Below are positions 46,098 to 55,750 of a stretch of 64,000 nucleotides of DNA, piece by piece. The first letter of the stretch is position 1. Every line of letters begins with the position of its first letter. Source of the DNA: a virus (Duplodnaviria; Heunggongvirae; Uroviricota; Caudoviricetes); IMG/VR virus record IMGVR_UViG_3300021403_000003, positions 49,952 to 113,951 of that record. One strand, 5' to 3'. The position numbers and the translations under genes were made by a program. The notes beneath the pieces are model-generated. The model worked only from the letters and a program-made list of their open reading frames with translations, was not told the origin of the DNA and did not search any database.

Positions 46098-47522
46098 ATG
46101 ATGAGACAAGTAGATACACAAGCACTTCTCCAGAAGTGGGGTCCAGTTCTCGACCACGAGAGCATGCCACGTATTGGGGATTCACGCCGTCGTTTGCATA
46201 CTGCAGTGCTGTTGGAAAATACCACTGAAGCTGTTTCCGAACAGGTTCGCCTTGAAGGTGCAAACTATATCGGTTTTGAGGCTCAAAAGGCTCTCTTGAC
46301 TGAAACCCTTCCAACCAACTTCGCAGGTACTGGTGGTTATAGCGGTTCCGCTTCAGCAACTGGTCCAGTGGCTGGTTTTGACCCAATCTTGATCAGCTTG
46401 ATCCGTCGTAACATGCCAGTTCTTATGGGATATGATGTTTGCGGCGTTCAGCCAATGACTGGTCCAACTGGATTGATTTTCGCAATGCGTTCCGTTTATG
46501 GTTCCGCAACTGTAAACTCAACTGCACAAAACGAAGCTCTCTACCAGGAAGCTAACAACTTTGGTGGTAACACCAGTTTGACTTTTGTGACTCCATTCGC
46601 AAACACCAACCTCAACCCTGGTGGTTCTAACACCTCTTATGGTTCTGGTGGTGGTTTCCCAACCGCAAACCTAGAAGATTTGGGTGGCGGTACAACCATG
46701 AACACCATGGGCTTCAGCATTGAAAAGGTCACTGTTACCGCTAACGGTCGTGGCTTGCAGGCTGGATACACCTTGGAATTGGCACAGGACTTGAAGGCAA
46801 TTCACGGATTGGATGCAGAAACTGAGTTGGCAAACATTTTGTCAACTGAATTGCTTGCAGAAATCAACCGTGAAGTTGTTCGTACCATTTACATCACTGC
46901 AACAGTTGGTGCTCAGACCAGCAACGTAGCAGGTGTGTACAACATGACTCCAGTTTCTGGTGTCTCTGGTGGTATCTTCGGTGGTGACTCCTACGGTCGT
47001 TGGCAGATTGAAATCTACAAGGGTCTCGTCTTCCAGATCGAACGTGAAGCCAACAAGATCATGAAGGATACTCGTCGTGGTAAGGGAAACCTTGTAATTT
47101 GCTCAACTGACGTCGGTTCTGCATTGGCAATGTCTGGTTTGCTTGATTATGAAAGCAAACTCAGCCAAGTGACTGGTGGTGTTACAACCCCAGATGATTA
47201 CGAGAAGGGAACCTTCTTGGGTGTGTTGAATGGTAAGATCAAGGTCTACGTTGATCCATACTCTGTCTCCGGCGCTGATTACGTCGTTGTCGGATATCGT
47301 GGTTCCAACGCTTATGACGCTGGTTTGTTCTACTGCCCATACGTCCCATTGCAGATGGTTCGTGCGATCGATCCAAACACCTACCAGCCAAAGATTGGGT
47401 TCAAGACCCGTTATGGTTTGGTGGCAAACCCATTCGCTCAGGGTTACACTCAGGGCAGTGGTGCATTGACCGCAAACAGCAACTTGTATTACAGAAAGTT
47501 CATCGTTGCTGGTTTGAAGTAA
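46098..47522 (+). CDS. Major capsid protein (gp23-like)
   Basis: 474 aa; position after gp21/gp22; GGAG SD; strong terminator follows. Confidence 0.8.
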   Translation: MMRQVDTQALLQKWGPVLDHESMPRIGDSRRRLHTAVLLENTTEAVSEQVRLEGANYIGFEAQKALLTETLPTNFAGTGGYSGSASATGPVAGFDPILISLIRRNMPVLMGYDVCGVQPMTGPTGLIFAMRSVYGSATVNSTAQNEALYQEANNFGGNTSLTFVTPFANTNLNPGGSNTSYGSGGGFPTANLEDLGGGTTMNTMGFSIEKVTVTANGRGLQAGYTLELAQDLKAIHGLDAETELANILSTELLAEINREVVRTIYITATVGAQTSNVAGVYNMTPVSGVSGGIFGGDSYGRWQIEIYKGLVFQIEREANKIMKDTRRGKGNLVICSTDVGSALAMSGLLDYESKLSQVTGGVTTPDDYEKGTFLGVLNGKIKVYVDPYSVSGADYVVVGYRGSNAYDAGLFYCPYVPLQMVRAIDPNTYQPKIGFKTRYGLVANPFAQGYTQGSGALTANSNLYYRKFIVAGLK

Positions 47523-47565
47523 TCTTAAGATTACAAACAAAAAGAGTCCAAGAATGGACCAGGCG

Positions 47566-47595
47566 AGACCTCCGAAAGGAGGTCTTGTCGTTTTT
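47566..47595. terminator. Rho-independent terminator (AGACCTCC-GAAA-GGAGGTCT plus T-run); bidirectional with the 3' end of the minus-strand gene
   Basis: Perfect 8-bp stem, GAAA tetraloop, TGTCGTTTTT tail. Confidence 0.75.
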
Positions 47596-47600
47596 GGGAA

Positions 47601-47798
47601 TCAAATATAATGATACACCTCATTTTTGCATATTGGACAATGAATCATTACATAACTTTCGTTTCTTTCACTACCAATTGTACCTTCAGATTGTTTGAAT
47701 TCAAACAAACATTTACAATTATTACACCGTAACCTATGTACCTTTTCTTCTGGTAAGGAACCAGGTTCTATAATTTTCATGATAATCCTTATATTCAT
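47601..47798 (-). CDS. Zn-ribbon small protein
   Basis: CNNCKC ... CPICKNE. Confidence 0.35.
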   Translation of the reverse strand: MNIRIIMKIIEPGSLPEEKVHRLRCNNCKCLFEFKQSEGTIGSERNESYVMIHCPICKNEVYHYI

Positions 47799-47840
47799 CT
47801 GAATCCATAAATATACTTCATGTGTATGGAGAAGTAAACT

Positions 47841-48380
47841 ATGTCAAATGATATTCCACAACTTGGTCAATCGCTTCAACAGCCAACAAAGTGGCAAATT
47901 TCTTTCCCTCGTGTAAGCAACACCATATTTTACATTCAATCAGTTTCTGTTCCAGGTTTCAGTATCACTGAAGCAAAACAACAAACCCCTGTTCAGGATC
48001 TTTGGGTGCCTGGAACCAAGACAAATTGGGATCCATTGACATTCAGTTTCTTGATTGATGAGAAATTTTCTGCTTGGTTTGATATCTATCAATGGATGAC
48101 TGGATTGGGTGCAGCAGAAACAACAGACCAATACAAGAATTTGGCAATCAATTCCATCAGAAAGGGTGTTCCAACTTATGGAGTTCGCCCACCATACAGT
48201 GATGCTATCCTGAATTTATTCACGGCCAAGAACAATGTTGGCTTACAATTCAGTTTTATTGATTGTTACCCTTTTACACTTTCTGCTATTAGAATGTCTT
48301 ATACGGAATCAGCAGATGTAATTTTGACAGGTGATGTGAGCTTCAGATATTCATATTACACATTCCAAGCCACATCATAA
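47841..48380 (+). CDS. Tail completion/sheath stabiliser (gp3-like, by synteny)
   Basis: 179 aa (T4 gp3 is 176 aa) in the cyanomyovirus order g23-g3-uvsY-uvsW. Confidence 0.45.
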   Translation: MSNDIPQLGQSLQQPTKWQISFPRVSNTIFYIQSVSVPGFSITEAKQQTPVQDLWVPGTKTNWDPLTFSFLIDEKFSAWFDIYQWMTGLGAAETTDQYKNLAINSIRKGVPTYGVRPPYSDAILNLFTAKNNVGLQFSFIDCYPFTLSAIRMSYTESADVILTGDVSFRYSYYTFQATS

Positions 48381-48417
48381 CATTGATTCTTATTGATTTT
48401 TAGCCTAATATTTTGGT

Positions 48418-48876
48418 ATGAGTGAAATATCAGAACCAGAAAAGAATCCAATTGATGAGTTGTTGAATACCTGGGAACAGGATTCAATAATGAATCCAAC
48501 AGAACCTGGCGAAGAACTCTTAAAGGTGCCAAGGTTGCACGCTAAGTATGTCAGGATCATGAGCAAACATTCTTTGTTGTCTAAGAAAACTGAACAAGAC
48601 TTGGTGACAATGAGACGCGAGAAATACGATTATTATAATGGTCGTATGGATCAAGAAAAACTCGAGAAACTTGGATTGAAACCATTCAAATTCATGTTGA
48701 AAGGTGAAATCAAGGATTATGTGGATAGTGATCCAAATATTTTGAAAAAGCAAGCCAAAAAGATTGCACATGATGAGATGGTGAAACTTTGTGAAAGTAT
48801 CTTGAAAGAAATAAATAACAGGACTTGGCAATTGAGATCCTATATGGATTGGGAAAGGTTCATTCAAGGTCAATGA
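48418..48876 (+). CDS. uvsY: UvsY-like recombination mediator
   Basis: DYYNGRMDQEK and surrounding pattern resemble T4 UvsY (LDYYSGRGDGDEF); position before uvsW. Confidence 0.5.
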   Translation: MSEISEPEKNPIDELLNTWEQDSIMNPTEPGEELLKVPRLHAKYVRIMSKHSLLSKKTEQDLVTMRREKYDYYNGRMDQEKLEKLGLKPFKFMLKGEIKDYVDSDPNILKKQAKKIAHDEMVKLCESILKEINNRTWQLRSYMDWERFIQGQ

Positions 48877-48884
48877 GGTGATAT

Positions 48885-49214
48885 ATGAGTGGAATTGAAG
48901 ATAATGATCTCAAATTTTTGAATGAGATCGAGAATTTTGAACGTAGGGCTGGTATACAAGGTGGAGATTTTAACAGTGAATCGATATTGATCAAGCCACC
49001 TGAGAATTATACATTTCAAGTTTTCAATAACAACAGCCGTGCAACATTGATGATGACAAAGAACAAATTAACCATTTGTAATCCAGAAGGTTCTCCGGTT
49101 GTTCATATCAGTTTGATTGATGGATCTGTCAAACTTGAAGGAACACCAGATGAAGCTGCAATTCAATTTTGGAAAGCTGTTGGTCAAATGTACCAGACAT
49201 TCATTGATCGATGA
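48885..49214 (+). CDS. Hypothetical protein
   Basis: 109-aa ORF. Confidence 0.35.
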   Translation: MSGIEDNDLKFLNEIENFERRAGIQGGDFNSESILIKPPENYTFQVFNNNSRATLMMTKNKLTICNPEGSPVVHISLIDGSVKLEGTPDEAAIQFWKAVGQMYQTFIDR

Positions 49215-50701
49215 GTGTCATCTACGTCGAGAAAATCAATGAATCACAATTAAAGATTCATACTGAGCAAGCGATCGAACAAGAACTTTGGGAATTCTAC
49301 AGTTTCAGAGACCCAAATTACAAGTTCACTCCACAGTACAGAAAATACAAGTGGAATGGTTATATTCGTCTCTTCCAGAAACGATCTAAAACTCTCCCAG
49401 CAGGATTGTTCAGACACCTCTGTATATTTGCTAAGGAACGGAATCATACCATCCAAGGATATCAATATCTGGCCCAAAACTTTTCCATAGAGGATGCTCG
49501 GAACTACACGAAAGGTTTAAACATCACAACCAAGGGTATATCCATTACACCCTATGATCATCAGGTCCTTGCTATAACAAAGGCTCTGAGGTATAAGAGA
49601 ACCATCTTAGAAAGTTCCACATCAAGTGGCAAATCATTGATTTGTTACACTATTTCTCGATATTTGATCGAAAAAGAAAAGAGAGGATTAATCATTGTAC
49701 CAACTATTGGATTGGTTGAACAGATGTACAGTGATTTTCAAGATTACAGTTCATTCAATGGTTGGAATACCAGCACCTATGTTCACAAAATATATGGTGG
49801 ACTTGACAAATTTAGTGTCAAACAGATTTATCTATCAACTTGGCAATCCATTTATGAGATGGAAGATCCTGATTGGTATAGACAATTTGAATGGGTTGTT
49901 GGAGATGAAGCACATAAATTTACAGGTAAATCATTGACTGGACTCATGACCCAAATGACCAATGCTGATTACAGAATTGGTATGACAGGAACAGTACAAG
50001 ATGGTGAAGTTCACCGTTTGGTGCTAGAAGGAAATTTCGGACCAATTGCAAAGATCGCTACCAATAAAGAGTTGATGGACAAGAAAATTGTTAGTGATCT
50101 GTTAGTTAAATGTTTAGTGCTCAGATATCCACAAACTGAATGTTATGCTGTCAGTAAAATGGATTATCACAAGGAATTGGATTTCCTCGTCACCCATAAA
50201 TACCGCAACAATTTCATCAAAAACCTTTCTTTATCATTGAAAGGTAACACGATGATTCTGTTTCAATTTGTAGAAAAACATGGTAAGGTTTTGTATGAAT
50301 TGATTAAACAAGCAGCTGGTAACAGAAGTGTGTATTTGATTTGTGGTGAAACAGAAGTTGAGCAAAGAGAATACATCAGAAAGATTGTCGAAACTGAAAA
50401 TGATGCAATCATCATTGCATCATTTGGTACATGTCAAGAAGGAATTTCTATTAAGAAAATTCACAGTATAATTTTTGCAAGTCCAAGTAAATCCAAAATC
50501 AGAGTCCTTCAATCAATTGGTCGTGGACTTCGTCTTGATGAATCTAAGGAATTTGCCACCTTGTACGACATCGCTGATGATTTAAGGATTGGTGACGAAA
50601 TTAATATCACATTGCTTCATTACGTGGAACGTCAAAAGCTCTATCACAGGGAGCAATTCAAAGTAAAAGTGTATAATGTAAATCTTGGGAGTAAATCATG
50701 A
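49211..50701 (+). CDS. uvsW: UvsW-like SF2 DNA helicase
   Basis: Walker A SSTSSGKS, motif II VVGDEAHKF, downstream TGT and QSIGRGLR helicase motifs. Confidence 0.75.
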   Translation: MSVIYVEKINESQLKIHTEQAIEQELWEFYSFRDPNYKFTPQYRKYKWNGYIRLFQKRSKTLPAGLFRHLCIFAKERNHTIQGYQYLAQNFSIEDARNYTKGLNITTKGISITPYDHQVLAITKALRYKRTILESSTSSGKSLICYTISRYLIEKEKRGLIIVPTIGLVEQMYSDFQDYSSFNGWNTSTYVHKIYGGLDKFSVKQIYLSTWQSIYEMEDPDWYRQFEWVVGDEAHKFTGKSLTGLMTQMTNADYRIGMTGTVQDGEVHRLVLEGNFGPIAKIATNKELMDKKIVSDLLVKCLVLRYPQTECYAVSKMDYHKELDFLVTHKYRNNFIKNLSLSLKGNTMILFQFVEKHGKVLYELIKQAAGNRSVYLICGETEVEQREYIRKIVETENDAIIIASFGTCQEGISIKKIHSIIFASPSKSKIRVLQSIGRGLRLDESKEFATLYDIADDLRIGDEINITLLHYVERQKLYHREQFKVKVYNVNLGSKS

Positions 50702-51090
50702 GTGAATATCGTTATCTAAGGCTGGTAAGTGGTGAAAGCGTCGTGAGCAATGTTGAAAATGTTGAAGGTGATAAAACAGTCATCAGACTCAAGCTTCCTC
50801 TCCAAGTTGTGTTGAATCGTGATTATGGATTAGTGATGTTTCCATTTCTTCCAATCGCGAGCAGTGATGATCGAGATATCACAATTAAGAAAGATCATGT
50901 CTTGTTTACCTGTTCATTGATAGCAAAAGTTGCTGATCTATTGACCAAGTATACTGAAAAGGCATACAATCCAGAACCACCAAAAGAAGAAGAGAAATCA
51001 GAAGAACAAAAGAAATTGCCAGCAAATAATTTGTCAGAACTGCTTGAGCAATTAGATCAAGAAATCACCAGTGGTAAGAAACCATCTTGA
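50698..51090 (+). CDS. Hypothetical acidic protein
   Basis: ATGA overlap with upstream gene. Confidence 0.35.
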   Translation: MSEYRYLRLVSGESVVSNVENVEGDKTVIRLKLPLQVVLNRDYGLVMFPFLPIASSDDRDITIKKDHVLFTCSLIAKVADLLTKYTEKAYNPEPPKEEEKSEEQKKLPANNLSELLEQLDQEITSGKKPS

Positions 51091-51668
51091 GTAAGCAAAA
51101 GCAAACAACCGTCAATTATATTGATAAGATGGAGTTCTATCAGGAGATAGTTGACTACAAAGAAAAATGTAAGAAGGCTGCGGCTAATGGAAAACCAAAG
51201 CCAAAGATTCCTGATAAAATAGCCATGCGTCTCCTTCTTATTGCTGAAAATACTTCCAAAAAACCATGTTACAGTGGTTACACGTTCCGTGATATCATGG
51301 TTGCAGATGCAGTTGAGAATTGTATCAGATACTTCGACAACTTTGATCTAAATCGCCCAGAGAAAAATCCATTCGGATATTTCACGCAGTATTGCATTTA
51401 TGCATTTGGTAGAAGAATTTTCCTTGAGAAAAGAGAGCTTTACACCAAATACAAGATTGCTCAACAATCAGGAATTATGGAAGAATTTGGTGGTGAAGAA
51501 GGTGAAGATGGACCATCAATTCCATCAGAACAATTGTATGATAACATCAATGAATTCATTGACAAATTTGAGAATAATTTGGCCAAAGCGAAAGCCAAAG
51601 AAAACAAACCAAAGAAAGGTCTAGAAAGGTTGACAGAAAATGAAAATTTGGGACCTGATGGTGTCTAA
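51087..51668 (+). CDS. Late-transcription sigma factor, gp55-like (by synteny and size)
   Basis: 193 aa (T4 gp55 is 185 aa) located just upstream of gp47/gp46 as in T4-like genomes. Confidence 0.45.
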   Translation: MSKQKQTTVNYIDKMEFYQEIVDYKEKCKKAAANGKPKPKIPDKIAMRLLLIAENTSKKPCYSGYTFRDIMVADAVENCIRYFDNFDLNRPEKNPFGYFTQYCIYAFGRRIFLEKRELYTKYKIAQQSGIMEEFGGEEGEDGPSIPSEQLYDNINEFIDKFENNLAKAKAKENKPKKGLERLTENENLGPDGV

Positions 51669-52089
51669 TACAGTGCCAAGTAGTTGGTCACCAGGTGAAT
51701 TAAAGATATTAAAGGAATTGGGAAACATGGATATACCAATTTCCCAATCAATACCTTTTCAACCTCTTAAAGTTTGTCTTTACAGATCAAACGGTCTAAC
51801 ACCTGTAGAAGTTCGTGATATTCTTCATAAGATGTTTGGTCATTACAGACATGAAGAAATCAAGTTTGTTATTGCAGGAATACTGGGTAATTCTGCAGCA
51901 ATAGAATGGATTGAAGAACATCAATATGAATATGAAACCTATGATAATCCATCTAGGTTTGCTTTCCATGAAATAATGAAGGATGGATTGGATATATTTA
52001 TTGAATTCAACAGAAAAGGGACAATGACATCCGTTCTCGCTCAACGGCTTGAGGATGCTGGTATCTATACTTATATTGTTGAACTATGA
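51640..52089 (+). CDS. Hypothetical protein
   Basis: 149-aa ORF. Confidence 0.35.
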   Translation: MKIWDLMVSNTVPSSWSPGELKILKELGNMDIPISQSIPFQPLKVCLYRSNGLTPVEVRDILHKMFGHYRHEEIKFVIAGILGNSAAIEWIEEHQYEYETYDNPSRFAFHEIMKDGLDIFIEFNRKGTMTSVLAQRLEDAGIYTYIVEL

Positions 52090-53156
52090 AAATTGCCATA
52101 TTAGGGGATACACATTTTGGGGTTCGAAATGACAGCATGGCTTTCCATAGTTATGCACGTCGATTTTATCAAGAAATATTTTTTCCATACTTGAAACAAG
52201 AAAATATCAAGGATGTCATTCAAGTTGGAGATCTTTTTGACCGACGTAAGTTCATCAATTATCAAAGTTTATACTTGAGTCGTACATATTTTTTTGATGA
52301 ATTCAAGAAATCAGGGATAAAACTCACAACATTTCCTGGTAACCATGATATCTTCTTCAAAAACACACTGATGGTTAATTCCATAGAATTATTACTCAAT
52401 GAATATATCATACAAGGTTCTGTAGTTGTTTTGAAAAATCCAACCACATCGGATTTTGATGGAATACCACTAGATTTTATTCCTTGGATTTGTAAAGAAA
52501 ACAGTGAACAAGTCAGTCAGTTTATCAAACATACCAAATCACAAATTTGTTTTGGTCATTTTGAGATTCAAGGATTTCAGATGGATAAAGACAATGTTTG
52601 TGATGATGGTATGTCACGTGAAGATTTGAAGATGTATGATATGGTGATGTCAGGACATTTTCATCAAAAGTCAACAGATGGTCACATCTATTACGTCGGT
52701 GCACCGATGGAGCACACTTGGTCTGATTATGATCAGGAACGTGGGTTTCATGTATTTGATACAGAAACCCGGTCTTTGACATTCATCCCCAACCCATTTA
52801 AGATGCATGAAATTGTAATCTACGATGATACCAAGGAAACATTGGAAAGTATCACTGGAAAGGATTATAGTTCATACAGTAACATGTACCTGAAAGTTGT
52901 TGTTGAGGAAAAGAAGAGCCCTGTGTTGTTTGATGCATTCATCGGGGAACTCTACAAAATTAATCCACTGGATGTCAACATCGTGGAAAATTTCATTGAA
53001 GAGGAAGTCGAAGTGGATGTTGATCAGTCAGAAGATACGGTGACCATCATTCACAAATGCATAGATGGAGTGGAGACCGATCTGAACAAGGATAAACTCA
53101 AGCGTTTAATGGGTGACGTGTATAAAGAGTCTGTGTATTCACAGGATATAGCATGA
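52086..53156 (+). CDS. Recombination endonuclease subunit gp47 (Mre11/SbcD-like)
   Basis: ILGDTHFG (motif I), GDLFD, FPGNHD (motif III), GHFH phosphoesterase motifs. Confidence 0.8.
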   Translation: MKIAILGDTHFGVRNDSMAFHSYARRFYQEIFFPYLKQENIKDVIQVGDLFDRRKFINYQSLYLSRTYFFDEFKKSGIKLTTFPGNHDIFFKNTLMVNSIELLLNEYIIQGSVVVLKNPTTSDFDGIPLDFIPWICKENSEQVSQFIKHTKSQICFGHFEIQGFQMDKDNVCDDGMSREDLKMYDMVMSGHFHQKSTDGHIYYVGAPMEHTWSDYDQERGFHVFDTETRSLTFIPNPFKMHEIVIYDDTKETLESITGKDYSSYSNMYLKVVVEEKKSPVLFDAFIGELYKINPLDVNIVENFIEEEVEVDVDQSEDTVTIIHKCIDGVETDLNKDKLKRLMGDVYKESVYSQDIA

Positions 53157-54871
53157 TTTTGTTTGAAGTAATAAGATGGAAAAATCTGTTGTCTACAGGT
53201 AATAGTTGGACAGAAATCTGGCTCAATAAAAGTTCCACAACCTTGATTATTGGTAAGAATGGTCATGGTAAAAGCACAATTATCGATGCTATTTGTTATG
53301 CTCTATTTGGCAGCCCATTCAGGAAAATCAATCTCGAGTTGTTGATCAACAGTATCAACCTAGCAAACACCAGGGTTGAACTTGAGTTCAGTATAGGCAA
53401 TAAAAAGTACAAAGTCATTCGTGGTATGAGACCTCAAACATTTGAGGTTTACGAAAATGGAATTTTACTGAATCAAGATGCTTCACTAAGAGATTATCAG
53501 AAGAACCTAGAGAAAAATATTCTTGGTTTCAATATGAAGTCATTCACTCAGGTCGTAGTGATAGGATCAAATTCCTTCACACCATTTATGAGGCTTGGGC
53601 CACAAGACCGTAGAGCTATCATCGAGAATTTGCTGGACATCGAGGTGTTCAGCTCCATGAACATTATAGTCAAGAAGAAGGTAAAAGACAACAATGACAT
53701 CATCAAAAGTTCCAAGTCAAAAATTGAAGGATTGGTGGACAAAATTGCTCTTCAGGAAAAGTTCATCAATGACAAAAAGAAAGACCATCAAAAGATTATC
53801 GACGAAAGACAAGTTTCTCATGACAGTATAAAGGTTGAAATCTCGGTATTGAAGAAATCTGCACATGATATTCAACTTGATATTAACACTTTGTTGGGAA
53901 AGATAAATGGTGAGACTATCATCAGAGAAAATGCAAGGAAACTCGAATCATTCAGAACCAAAATAGAAGCAAAGATCAATGGATTGGAGACCGAGAACAA
54001 ATTCTTTGAAACTCACAATGACTGTCCAAAGTGTCATCAACCATTAAGTAATAAGAAGGCTGTCTGTGACCATAATGATAATGAACTTGTGACACTCCGT
54101 CAGGGGTTGGGTCAACTCTTCACCAAACAACACCAAGTAGAGACTCAGATCAATGTTCTTAAGGATATTCAAGCTAAGATAAACAAACGTCAACTTGAAT
54201 TGCGAGAAATACAAACTCGCATTTCTGAGAAGCAACATAGTGTCGATGGGATTGCTGCCAAGATTCAGGAGCTAAAAGATGCTGCAAAGACCACAATTAC
54301 TGACGATCTTCTCAAGGCAAAACAGGACCTGGAAACGGAACTAAAGAAGATAATAAATGAACGAAATGAAGCATTGGAAACGAAGACTTATCTCGATGCC
54401 GCTGTGGTTCTACTTCGGGACGAAGGCATTAAAGCCAAAATTGTTAAACAATATCTTCCTGTTATCAACAAACTTGCCAATAAATACTTGTCCGAACTGG
54501 ACTTCTTCGCTGACTTCCATCTTGATGGAGAATTCAATGAGACCATCAAGTCCCGTCATCGAGACAAATTCAGCTATGAGTCATTCAGTGAAGGACAAAA
54601 ACGAAGAATCGATCTCAGTTTGCTTTTCACTTGGAGAGCTGTCGCCAAACTTAAAAACAGTGTTAACACCAACCTCTTAATCCTTGATGAGATTTTGGAC
54701 GGTTCATTGGATGATGATGGTATGGAAGAATTCATGAAGTTGTTGAACACCTTTGGTAATGGTACAAACAATTTCGTCATCAGTCATCGTGGTGATATGT
54801 TGGCTGATAAGTTCGACAATGTACTCAAATTCAAAATGTCTGGTTTATTTTCAGAGGCAGTAATAGCATGA
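53153..54871 (+). CDS. Recombination endonuclease subunit gp46 (Rad50/SbcC-like ATPase)
   Basis: Walker A IGKNGHGKSTIIDAI, central coiled coil, CPKC zinc hook-like motif, C-terminal LILDEILDGSLD. Confidence 0.8.
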   Translation: MILFEVIRWKNLLSTGNSWTEIWLNKSSTTLIIGKNGHGKSTIIDAICYALFGSPFRKINLELLINSINLANTRVELEFSIGNKKYKVIRGMRPQTFEVYENGILLNQDASLRDYQKNLEKNILGFNMKSFTQVVVIGSNSFTPFMRLGPQDRRAIIENLLDIEVFSSMNIIVKKKVKDNNDIIKSSKSKIEGLVDKIALQEKFINDKKKDHQKIIDERQVSHDSIKVEISVLKKSAHDIQLDINTLLGKINGETIIRENARKLESFRTKIEAKINGLETENKFFETHNDCPKCHQPLSNKKAVCDHNDNELVTLRQGLGQLFTKQHQVETQINVLKDIQAKINKRQLELREIQTRISEKQHSVDGIAAKIQELKDAAKTTITDDLLKAKQDLETELKKIINERNEALETKTYLDAAVVLLRDEGIKAKIVKQYLPVINKLANKYLSELDFFADFHLDGEFNETIKSRHRDKFSYESFSEGQKRRIDLSLLFTWRAVAKLKNSVNTNLLILDEILDGSLDDDGMEEFMKLLNTFGNGTNNFVISHRGDMLADKFDNVLKFKMSGLFSEAVIA

Positions 54872-55665
54872 ATGAAGTGTTTCAAGCACCAGAAATTGTT
54901 GGTGGTCTTCCTAACAAAGAACTCAATGTGGCATCTGACAAGTCATTGGTATTCGTACCGAGTCAAAGAAGAATCACAGCAAAGGGACCCGAAGGACCAG
55001 TTGAATTTGAGATTTTCAAGGTAGTGGATGGATATAACCCTATCCTCAAACAGAAGGCTGTAAATTGGGATTTCTCCAATCCACCTGGACCATTATATTA
55101 CATTGCCATGTCTATGATCCAGACAATGCTCCGCAACGGAGGAGTGGGTCTTGCTGCCAATCAGTGTGGATTACCATACAATCTATTTGTAATGGGTACT
55201 GGACCTAATTTCATGGAAGTTATTGTAAATCCAAGAATTATCAAAACTTCAGGAGAAGAAAAATCTCAGGAAGGATGTTTATCATTTCCAGGATTATATC
55301 TCAAGGTTAAACGAGCAACTCACATTGAAGTTGAGTATGAAGATCTCAAAGGTATGACAAAGAAAGTTGCATACGATGGTCTGACTGCCAGAATTTTCTT
55401 GCATGAATTTGATCATTTGCAAGGTGTCAAATACACCGAGCTTGTTAAATCCATTGATCTTGGTAGAGCAAAGGAAAAAGTCAAGAGCAATCTGAGAAAA
55501 ATGAAACATGTTCGTGAGGATTCTGAAAGGAAGCAACGAGCATTAGTTCATGAGGCAGCAGTTGAGAAGGCTAAACCATCACCAACTATCAATCAACAAT
55601 TGATTTTAGACCAAAAAGCACGTCAAGTTGATGGTAACACTATATTGACTTTCAGCTCAACGTAA
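54868..55665 (+). CDS. def: Peptide deformylase
   Basis: GVGLAANQCG (motif 1), EGCLSFPG (motif 2), HEFDHLQG (motif 3). Confidence 0.8.
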   Translation: MNEVFQAPEIVGGLPNKELNVASDKSLVFVPSQRRITAKGPEGPVEFEIFKVVDGYNPILKQKAVNWDFSNPPGPLYYIAMSMIQTMLRNGGVGLAANQCGLPYNLFVMGTGPNFMEVIVNPRIIKTSGEEKSQEGCLSFPGLYLKVKRATHIEVEYEDLKGMTKKVAYDGLTARIFLHEFDHLQGVKYTELVKSIDLGRAKEKVKSNLRKMKHVREDSERKQRALVHEAAVEKAKPSPTINQQLILDQKARQVDGNTILTFSST

Positions 55666-55693
55666 GTCACTGATTCTCAATAAAATTTAGGGC

Positions 55694-55720
55694 TTTACCT
55701 CTTCTTCTTGAGGAGGTAAA
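55694..55720 (+). terminator. Hairpin (TTTACCTC/GAGGTAAA) after def; weak terminator candidate
   Basis: 8-bp stem, no clear T-run. Confidence 0.3.
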
Positions 55721-55750
55721 CTTCTATCCATAAGTCGATAGGAGACTAGC